This document shows positions 8,107 to 15,766 of a DNA stretch of 64,000 nt, in pieces. Origin of the DNA: Dehalococcoidia bacterium. GTDB taxonomy: Bacteria > Chloroflexota > Dehalococcoidia > Lucifugimonadales > UBA3495. The notes beneath the pieces were generated by a model, which saw nothing but the letters and a program-made list of their open reading frames with translations, made no database searches and was not told where the DNA came from. Every line of letters begins with the position of its first letter. Position 1 is the first letter of the stretch. The DNA lies in assembly GCA_965243185.1 (NCBI GenBank), contig OZ251531.1, positions 2,214,532-2,278,531 of the forward strand, given 5' to 3'. A program made the translations under genes and the position numbers.

Positions 8107-9144
8107 CTAAGGCCGCAATATCAACTTCCCGAAAAAGTTCGCATCCTCCATTACCCGATGCGCCTCGGCCGCTACCGGCAGCGGATATACTTGATGAATT
8201 GCCGGGCGGATGATGCCCCGGTTCAGCATCGCCACAATCTGCCGCATATCCTCCTTGCTGCCCATAAAAGTGCCGTAAATCTCAATCTGCCGGGTGAACA
8301 GCAGCCCCAGATGCAGCTCTGCCCGCAGTCCGGTGGTCGCCCCGCAAATGGTGTAACGCCCGCCCGGCCGCAGGGAATTAAAGGCCGCGCTGAAAAACTC
8401 CGCCCCTACATGATCCACCAGCACATCCACTCCCGCGCCTCCGGTCAACGCCTTGACCCGCTCGGCAATATCCTCCTCTTTGTAGTTAATAACCTCATCC
8501 GCGCCCAACTCCCGGGCCTTGGCGGCCTTGTCCGGGCTGCTGGTAGTGGCGATAACCTGCGCCCCGACCACATTTTTAGCCACCTGAATGGCTGCCGTGC
8601 CAACGCCGGCCGATGCCGACAGGACTAATACCGTCTCCCAAGGCTGCAACCGCGCCCGCCGCACCATCATATTCCACACCGGCAGAAAGGTTGTCGGCAC
8701 GGCCGCCGCTTCCTCGTAAGAAACCGTGTCGGCAATGCGATGGGCGTTGACCGCGGGAACGGCCACAAACTCGGCGTAACTGCCATCGGACGCGCTGCCC
8801 ATAAACCGGGACGCCGGGCACAAATCATCGCGCCCGGCCATACACCGGGGACACGCATTGCAGCTGATGCGCGGGTTGACTACCACCCGGTCGCCCACTT
8901 GCAAGGTGTCCACTCCGGACCCCACCTGTACCACATCTCCGGCGCAATCGCCGCCCAGAATCAACGGCGGCGGAAACTCCCGCCGCAATCCCCGGCCGCC
9001 GGCCCGGGTATAAAGGTCAAGGCGGTTCAGCGCCGCCGCCTGCACTTTCAACTTCACTTCCCCGGCTTGCGGCGCCGGCTCCGGCCGCTCCCCATAAATC
9101 AGCGTCTCCGGCCCGCCGTGGGCCTCAATATAAACTGCCTGCAT
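8107..9144 (-). CDS. Zn-dependent alcohol dehydrogenase / quinone oxidoreductase family (MDR)
   Basis: Protein starting MQAVYIEAHGGPETL, with a GroES-like domain, CNACPRC and the Rossmann motif SASAGVGTAAIQ. Confidence 0.8.
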   Translation of the reverse strand: MQAVYIEAHGGPETLIYGERPEPAPQAGEVKLKVQAAALNRLDLYTRAGGRGLRREFPPPLILGGDCAGDVVQVGSGVDTLQVGDRVVVNPRISCNACPRCMAGRDDLCPASRFMGSASDGSYAEFVAVPAVNAHRIADTVSYEEAAAVPTTFLPVWNMMVRRARLQPWETVLVLSASAGVGTAAIQVAKNVVGAQVIATTSSPDKAAKARELGADEVINYKEEDIAERVKALTGGAGVDVLVDHVGAEFFSAAFNSLRPGGRYTICGATTGLRAELHLGLLFTRQIEIYGTFMGSKEDMRQIVAMLNRGIIRPAIHQVYPLPVAAEAHRVMEDANFFGKLILRP

Positions 9145-9199
9145 AAACTGCCGCTCCCCCAGTATGATGGATGATGCCCGGGTCGGAAACAATCCCCAC

Positions 9200-9412
9200 T
9201 TACAACCGCCGCCCTTCGCCGCAATCGTTGCAGAGAAAGACGATAGCCAGGGCTTCCTCGTGGCTGCCGATACGGCCGCATTGGGGAAGATCGCTGTCCT
9301 GACTCCAAGGGCGGTGAAACTTGCCGCCGCACATTTGGCAGGCGGTCTGATTGATGCCGTCCAGCGCGCCGTTGCAGATAACGCAGGACTCCCGATCCAG
9401 CTCCTCAAGCAT
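9200..9412 (-). CDS. Small Cys-rich (zinc-ribbon-like) hypothetical protein
   Basis: 70 aa with CxxC (CVIC), CxxC (CQMC) and CxxC (CNDC). GGAGGG RBS 11 nt upstream of the ATG. Confidence 0.5.
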   Translation of the reverse strand: MLEELDRESCVICNGALDGINQTACQMCGGKFHRPWSQDSDLPQCGRIGSHEEALAIVFLCNDCGEGRRL

Positions 9413-9429
9413 AACGCCGCCAACCCTCC

Positions 9430-10734
9430 CTACTCCATAAAATTATTTGCCGCCAGCCACCCCGCAACCCGCCGCCTTTCCCCGGCGGCATCCCAAACCC
9501 GGCCATCCTGCCACGCCGCCCGAAGTTGTGCCAGGGCGGCCCCCACCGCCGGGCCGGGCGGTACGCCCATTGCCAGCAAATCATCCCCCCGCAATGACGG
9601 CTTGAGGTGCCGCAACTCGACCAGATAGCGGCGCAAATCCCGGCTGACCGCCGGGGAATCGGTCAACTTGGACACTACCGCCACCGCCGCCAAACTTACG
9701 CCCTCCAACAAACCGCACAACCGGGACGGGGGCAAAGCCGGGTCAGCGATAACTCCTTCCTGACGCCGCAAACTGATGATATCTCTTACTACCGCCGCCC
9801 ACGCTTTGGGCATATTCAGCCGGCTAATCAGCCCTTCCCCAGCGCCGGCCGATAGGGGATAAGCCAAAGCCGCCAGCCAAGTCAATTCCCGGCAAGGGTT
9901 GCTCAAACTCGTTTCCTCGATTATCTCCGGCCCGCTTTCCGCCCACCGTTGCAGATAATCAACCCGCCCCCAGTCGGGATGAATGGCCGGCAGGATACCC
10001 AGTTCTAACGCCCGCAGCAATGGCGGCCCCGGCCGGGTTTCCGCAAACATCCGCGCCAATTCGTGCCGCAGCCGGTCACCGCTGACCGTGTTAAGACAGC
10101 CTTGGGCTACCGCAGCTCGCAGCCGGCTTTCCGTATCCCTTTCCAGCGCAAACCCCAACCGCTGCTCATAACGCGCCGCTCGCAGCAGCCGGGTCGGGTC
10201 ATCGACAAAGCTGGCGGGGTGCAGGATGCGGATGATTCCCCGGTTCAGGTCCGCAACCCAGCCGGCTGGAGCCAGTAACTGCTGGTTAGCCCCGGCCAAG
10301 GGTAGCGCCATCGCGTTGACCGAAAAGTCCCGCCGGGCCAAGTCATCGTGAATCGTACCCGGAAACACTTGCGGCAGGCTGCCCGGCCGGGGATAAACTT
10401 CCCGGCGGGCGGTGACTAAGTCCACTCGCATATTGGCGGCGGTAACGGTAGCCGTGCCAAAGCGGGAATGAATAACCGCCCGGCCGCCCAATTCTGTCGC
10501 CAACCACCGGGCTAAGGCGGGCGTGTCTCCCTCCACCGCAAAATCTAGGTCTTGCCCCGGCCCGCCCAAGAGCAAATCCCGCACCGGCCCGCCTACCAGA
10601 TAAACCGGCACGGCAACGGCCGCCGCCAGCCGCCGCAGCGCATTCAGCAGGGCAAGGCCGCCGTCATTCAAGCCAGCGGCAACCGTGTCTATTGTTATCC
10701 CGGCGGATTTGCCGTCAGCAAGCAGAGTCGTCAT
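9430..10734 (-). CDS. cca: CCA-adding tRNA nucleotidyltransferase / poly(A) polymerase family
   Basis: GGPVRDLLLG...DLDFAV nucleotidyltransferase motif. Start set at the ATG 9 nt after a TGCTATAAT box. Confidence 0.8.
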   Translation of the reverse strand: MTTLLADGKSAGITIDTVAAGLNDGGLALLNALRRLAAAVAVPVYLVGGPVRDLLLGGPGQDLDFAVEGDTPALARWLATELGGRAVIHSRFGTATVTAANMRVDLVTARREVYPRPGSLPQVFPGTIHDDLARRDFSVNAMALPLAGANQQLLAPAGWVADLNRGIIRILHPASFVDDPTRLLRAARYEQRLGFALERDTESRLRAAVAQGCLNTVSGDRLRHELARMFAETRPGPPLLRALELGILPAIHPDWGRVDYLQRWAESGPEIIEETSLSNPCRELTWLAALAYPLSAGAGEGLISRLNMPKAWAAVVRDIISLRRQEGVIADPALPPSRLCGLLEGVSLAAVAVVSKLTDSPAVSRDLRRYLVELRHLKPSLRGDDLLAMGVPPGPAVGAALAQLRAAWQDGRVWDAAGERRRVAGWLAANNFME

Positions 10735-10743
10735 TGCAGCGGC

Positions 10744-10752
10744 ATTATAGCA
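10744..10752 (-). promoter_or_regulatory. Extended -10 promoter TGCTATAAT (minus strand), leaderless cca
   Basis: The minus strand reads tgctataatgccgctgcaATG. Confidence 0.45.
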
Positions 10753-10855
10753 TAATGGACGATCGCTAACTCTTGAATCCGGCTGCCCCAAAGCCGGTTG
10801 GCTAATTCTTGGGGATGTGCTACAATGCCCCTAACTTCTGTAGGAGGTGACGCTG

Positions 10856-11509
10856 ATGACTACGCCCGAAGCCGATTTCCGAACCTACTACGACTTCCGT
10901 TGACCCTTCGTGTATAACGCCGCCATGTGGCTGGCGAAGGTGCGCGAAACCACCGGACAGGACATCACGGTCGACTGGCAGCCCTTCTCTTTGGAGCAGG
11001 TCAACAGCGACAACAAGCTGGCCGAAGGGGAGACTTCGGTCAAGTTCTGGGAACTGCCCGGGGCCTTGGACGGCTCGGACCAGACCTTGCTTTCCCACCG
11101 GGCCGGCTTGGCGGCCAAGCGGCAGGGCAAGGAAGCCTTCGAGTCGTTCTTTATGGCCCTGCTGAAACTGCGCCATGAGGAGCGGCGCAGTCTCACCGAC
11201 CCGGCGGTGATGGAGGAAGCCCTAGCCAACTCCGGCATCGACGCGGCCCGGTTCCGGGAGGATTTGGCCGACCCCGACCTGCTGCGGGAGATTGGGGAAA
11301 GCCATACTACCGCCGTCGAGGAATACGGGGCTTTTGGCGTGCCGACCTATGTTTTCCCCAACGGCAGCACGGCCTTTGTCAAGATGCACATCCCCCCGGC
11401 GGAACAGGCGGGCGAGATTTACGAATCGCTGACCCGGGTGATTACCGACGCCCAGCACGTGGGCGAGGTCAAGCGCCCCTCGCCGCCGTGGCCGCACGGC
11501 ATCATCTAG
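10856..11509 (+). CDS. DsbA-like thioredoxin-fold protein with an in-frame TGA (candidate Sec) at 10901-10903
   Basis: AGGAGGTG RBS then ATG 10856. The frame reads MTTPEADFRTYYDFR-TGA-PFVYNAAMW and continues into the 199-aa track ORF. The TGA falls where the family has the first Cys of CPxC. Confidence 0.7.
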
Positions 11510-11524
11510 GCACGGACGGCAGGC

Positions 11525-12496
11525 TTGGCTTTGTCCCGCGACCGGCAGACCATTAAGGAACTGGAATCCCGGCTGGGGCTGAGTTTCCGCGACCAGGGCT
11601 TGCTGCGGCAAGCCCTGGTGCACCGCTCTTATCTTAACGAACAGGGCGGCTCCGCTCTCGATTCCTACGAGCGGATGGAGTTCCTGGGGGACGCCGTTCT
11701 GGAACTGGTGATTTCCAACGAGCTTTACCGCAGCCTGCCCCAAGAGGATGAGGGGACATTGACGAAGGGCCGGGCGGCCCTGGTTTGCCGGGAAAGCCTA
11801 GCGCAAGCCGCCCGCCGTCTGGACTTGGGCGATTATATTGCCTTGGGCCGGGGGGAACGGAGCAGCGGCGGCCCGCAACGGGATTCCATCCTCGAGGAAG
11901 TCTTTGAGGCAATGGTGGCGGCGGTCTATCTCGACCGGGGCTATGACGCCGCCCGTCAGTTCATTATGCAGGCTCTGGAGCCGGAACTGTCGGCCTACTG
12001 TAGCGGGGGACAAACTCCGGAAAACCCCAAGTCTCTGTTGCAGGAAACTCTGCAAGCCCAAGGCCGGGCTACGCCCCGCTACCAGGTATTAGCCATGGAC
12101 GGCCCCGGCCATCAGCCGGTTTTTACCGTGGCGGTTACGGTGGACGGACAAACCTTGGGGAAAGGCAGCGGCGCAAAAAAAGCCGAAGCCGAGCGCGCCG
12201 CCGCCCGGGACGCTTTAGCCCAATACGGCCCGTCCCCGGATAGGCCGGCCGCCGCCCCAACTAACCGCAAAACCGCAGCCAAGGCCACGGAACACCGGGG
12301 CAATTCCGGGAAAAATCAGTCAAACCGCAGCGCAGGATTATGCTCTCCTTCTTTCGACGCAACCGGGACGCCAATCAAGAACGCACCGCCCAAGCTACCC
12401 AACGGAGCCGTAATCAGTGGTTCGGCCGCATCCAGTCCCTTCTCCGCTCCGCTAAACTGGATGAAGCGGTTTGGGAGGAACTCGAGGAAATCCTGA
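11525..12496 (+). CDS. rnc: Ribonuclease III
   Basis: ERMEFLGDAVLE signature and a C-terminal dsRBD (PKSLLQE...GSGAKKAEAERAAA). A long low-complexity tail overlaps ftsY. Confidence 0.85.
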   Translation: MALSRDRQTIKELESRLGLSFRDQGLLRQALVHRSYLNEQGGSALDSYERMEFLGDAVLELVISNELYRSLPQEDEGTLTKGRAALVCRESLAQAARRLDLGDYIALGRGERSSGGPQRDSILEEVFEAMVAAVYLDRGYDAARQFIMQALEPELSAYCSGGQTPENPKSLLQETLQAQGRATPRYQVLAMDGPGHQPVFTVAVTVDGQTLGKGSGAKKAEAERAAARDALAQYGPSPDRPAAAPTNRKTAAKATEHRGNSGKNQSNRSAGLCSPSFDATGTPIKNAPPKLPNGAVISGSAASSPFSAPLNWMKRFGRNSRKS

Positions 12497-13296
12497 TTTC
12501 CGCGGATGTGGGTGTTGATACTTCCCTGCGGATTATCGCCGACCTGAAAGGCCAGGTGCAGGCTGAGCAGATTACCGATGCGGACGCTGTCTTTGCCCGC
12601 TTGAAGGAAATCCTGATTAGGGACTTGGAAGCCGGCGTGGATCCGGCGGCTTGGCTGGACGCCCCCAATCCGGCAGCGCCTTATGTCATCCTGATGGTGG
12701 GCGTCAACGGCGTGGGCAAAACGACCAGCATCGCCAAGCTGGCCTATCACTTTCAGCAGGAGGGCAAAAAGGTTATCCTCGGCGCGGCCGACACTTTCCG
12801 GGCGGCCGCCGAGGAGCAGCTGGAAATCCTGGGCGAGCGAGCCGGGGTAGCGGTAATCAGCCATCAGCCCGGCGCCGACCCGGGGGCCGTGGCTTATGAC
12901 GCTTACCATGCCGGCAAAGCCCGCGGGGCGGATGTGCTGATTGTGGATACGGCCGGCCGGCTGCATACCCGCGCCAACCTGATGGCGGAACTGCAAAAGG
13001 TGCGCCGGGTTATCAACCGGCTCGATGAAACTGCCCCCCATCAAGTTATCCTCACCCTCGACGCTACCACCGGACTGAACGGTTTGAGCCAGGCCAAGGC
13101 TTTTCAAGAAGCGGTGGGCTGCACCGGCATTTTTCTGGCAAAGCTGGACGGCACGGCCCGCGGCGGGATTGCCTTGGCGATTAAGCAGGAACTGCAAGTA
13201 CCCATCCTGTTCATCGGCACCGGGGAGGCTCTGGACGATTTGGCGACTTTTGAACCGGGACAGTTCGTTGATGCCCTGCTGGCTCCGGTTTCCTGA
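12340..13296 (+). CDS. ftsY: Signal recognition particle receptor FtsY
   Basis: GVNGVGKTT, DTAGR and LAKLDGTARGG motifs. Confidence 0.9.
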   Translation: MLSFFRRNRDANQERTAQATQRSRNQWFGRIQSLLRSAKLDEAVWEELEEILISADVGVDTSLRIIADLKGQVQAEQITDADAVFARLKEILIRDLEAGVDPAAWLDAPNPAAPYVILMVGVNGVGKTTSIAKLAYHFQQEGKKVILGAADTFRAAAEEQLEILGERAGVAVISHQPGADPGAVAYDAYHAGKARGADVLIVDTAGRLHTRANLMAELQKVRRVINRLDETAPHQVILTLDATTGLNGLSQAKAFQEAVGCTGIFLAKLDGTARGGIALAIKQELQVPILFIGTGEALDDLATFEPGQFVDALLAPVS

Positions 13297-13351
13297 GCGG
13301 CGGCTTTTGTGCCGGGAGTTCAAGTTGGCACTAGCGCCAATGGGATAGGCT

Positions 13352-15766
13352 GTGATGGACCTGATTGTCTGGCTGCTGCTGATTGAGGTGTTGGGCTTGC
13401 TGGCCTTTCCCCCGGCTTACCTGTTGTTGGGACGGCTGCCCGACCGGGGTTTTAGCGTGGCCAAGCCGCTGGGCTTGCTGCTCTTTGCCTTTCCCTTGTG
13501 GCTTCTGGGCTTGTCCCGCATCATTCCCAACGCTCCGGCAACCGCGCTGTTCGTATTCCTGCTGGGCGCGGCCCTGTCCGGCTGGCTGTTTTACCGAAAC
13601 CGCGCTGCAATAGTGCCGTTTGTTCAATCCCAATGGCGGATTTTAGCCGTGGCCGAAGGGCTGTTCCTGCTGCTATTTCTGGTCTGGTCGCTGCTGATTT
13701 CCGACTTTCCAGCCATTAACCACACCGAAAAGCCGATGGACTTTGCCTTTATCAACGCCGTCTTGCAAAGCCCTGCCTTTCCTCCGCAAGACCCCTGGTT
13801 GGCCGGCCATTCCATCAGCTACTACTACTTCGGCCACTTTATGCTGGCGATGCCGATGCAGTTGCTGCAAATGGTCGGCTTTGCCTCCAATGTGGGCTAC
13901 AACCTGGCTTGGGCTACTTCGCCCGGCTTGGTGGGAATGGCGGCCTTTGGCTTGACCGGAAACTTGATACGCTTGGCGGGCGGCGGTCGGAGGTTTGCGG
14001 TCGGGTTCGGGTTGACCGCCCCCCTGCTGATTGTGCTAATCGGCAATCTCGAGGGGGTTTTCGAGTTTATGCAGCTGCGCGGCTTGGGCGGCCCGGAGTT
14101 CTGGCAATGGGTGGGCATTAAGGGGTTGGAGGGCGGCGCGGCCGGTGGCTTCTTTCCGCAGGATAACTGGTGGTGGTGGCGGGCGACCCGGGTTATTGAC
14201 ACCGTAGTGGACGGGCAAAGCCTGGACTACACCATTACCGAGTTTTCATTTTTCAGCTTCCTCCTCGGCGACCTGCATCCTCATGTTTTGAGCTTGCCTT
14301 TCCTATTATTGACTTTGAGCTTGGGGTTGAACCTGTTTGTAACACCGGGGCCTTTGCGCTGGGGCTGGCTGCGGGAAAATCCGGTAACGGCTGGGGCGAT
14401 TGCTCTGCTGCTGGGCGCGTTGGCATTCATCAACATTTGGGATTTTCCCATTTACGCCTTGCTTTTCGGCGCGTTGCTGCTGGTCAAAATCTATGGCAGC
14501 GCAATGAACGAACCTTCCCGGGTGTTCAGCCTGCGTTTCAACCGGGGCAAAGCCGCCCTGGGCCAAGCTGCCGGGAACGCCGCGCTGCTAATGACGCCCC
14601 TGCTTTTGGCAGCCGTTATCCTCTTTCTGCCTTTTTATTTGACGCTGGACAGCCAAGCCTCCGGCGTTCTGCCGGTGTTGGGGCCGGGCACCGGGCTGCT
14701 GCACTTCCTTATCGTGATTGGCTTGCCCTTTCTTATCGGGGTTTCCTTTCTGCTGCGGCAGCTGCCGGGAGTGTCGAAACCCGGGCCTAATGAAAGTCCG
14801 TCCATAGTGCTGATGCTGGCGGTGGCTTTGCTGCCGATTTTGCTGTGGCTGGGGATGGCATTGGCTTGGGGGGTGATTACCGGGGACTTGAACGCCGCTT
14901 TGGCCACGGCGGCCGGTCGGCTGGTGTTGACTTTGCCTTTGCTGGCGGTGGCCGGATTGGCCGGCTACTGCGCGCTGCAACGGGCAGCCCGGCGGCAGGA
15001 GATGGCGATGGCTTTTCCGCTGCTGCTGCTGTCCGCCGCCGCCTACCTGCTGGCTATCGCCGAGTTGTTCTATCTGGTCGATTTCTTTGGCAACCGAATG
15101 AATACTGTTTTCAAGCTTTACTATCAGGCGTGGCTGCTGCTGGGCATAGCCGGGGCTTTCGGACTTTATTACTGGTATGCCCACCGGGCTTCCCGGAACG
15201 ATTGGGCTACTGCCGGCAACTACGCTTGGCTGGTATTAGCGGCGGCGTTAGTGGCGGCGTCCCTTTACTATCCGGTGGGGGCGGCTCTGGAGCGTACCGG
15301 CTGGTTTCAGGAACGGCACACCTTCCGGGATAACACGCTGGACGGCTTGGCATATATCCGGGATACGGATCCGGGAGAGTACGCCGCCATCCAATGGCTG
15401 CGGGACGAGGCCGAGTATGGGCGGATGGTCGAAGCGGTGGGCGATGCCTATTCCGCTTACGGGCGGGTTTCCGCCGCTACCGGCTTGCCGACCGTTCTGG
15501 GTTGGCCGGGCCACGAACAGCAGTGGCGGGGCGGCAGTGAACTGTTCGACGGGCGGGCAGAGGAGGTAGCCCAAATTTACCAGAGCCAAGACCCGGCGGT
15601 CGTGCGCCCGTTGCTGGAAAAGTATAATATCCGCTACATCTATTTAGGCAGCCGGGAGCGGGCCAGCTACGGCGTCAGCGCATTGCCCGATTTCGGCGGC
15701 TGGCTGCAAATCCCTTTCCAGCAGGAGGGCGTAGTCATCTACGAGCGGGTTATCGGTTTTGAGTGA
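13352..15766 (+). CDS. Chlor_Arch_YYY (DUF2298) polytopic membrane protein
   Basis: 804 aa, very hydrophobic, with the family-defining SISYYYFGHF motif. Confidence 0.75.
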   Translation: MMDLIVWLLLIEVLGLLAFPPAYLLLGRLPDRGFSVAKPLGLLLFAFPLWLLGLSRIIPNAPATALFVFLLGAALSGWLFYRNRAAIVPFVQSQWRILAVAEGLFLLLFLVWSLLISDFPAINHTEKPMDFAFINAVLQSPAFPPQDPWLAGHSISYYYFGHFMLAMPMQLLQMVGFASNVGYNLAWATSPGLVGMAAFGLTGNLIRLAGGGRRFAVGFGLTAPLLIVLIGNLEGVFEFMQLRGLGGPEFWQWVGIKGLEGGAAGGFFPQDNWWWWRATRVIDTVVDGQSLDYTITEFSFFSFLLGDLHPHVLSLPFLLLTLSLGLNLFVTPGPLRWGWLRENPVTAGAIALLLGALAFINIWDFPIYALLFGALLLVKIYGSAMNEPSRVFSLRFNRGKAALGQAAGNAALLMTPLLLAAVILFLPFYLTLDSQASGVLPVLGPGTGLLHFLIVIGLPFLIGVSFLLRQLPGVSKPGPNESPSIVLMLAVALLPILLWLGMALAWGVITGDLNAALATAAGRLVLTLPLLAVAGLAGYCALQRAARRQEMAMAFPLLLLSAAAYLLAIAELFYLVDFFGNRMNTVFKLYYQAWLLLGIAGAFGLYYWYAHRASRNDWATAGNYAWLVLAAALVAASLYYPVGAALERTGWFQERHTFRDNTLDGLAYIRDTDPGEYAAIQWLRDEAEYGRMVEAVGDAYSAYGRVSAATGLPTVLGWPGHEQQWRGGSELFDGRAEEVAQIYQSQDPAVVRPLLEKYNIRYIYLGSRERASYGVSALPDFGGWLQIPFQQEGVVIYERVIGFE

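Noticed and set aside
10901-10903. TGA reassigned as a sense codon genome-wide (code 4/25) instead of Sec
   Set aside because: TGA clearly terminates several well-supported genes here (for example dinG at 5023-5025, addB at 38661-38663 and the PRTase gene). The three internal TGAs all fall exactly on a redox-active Cys position.
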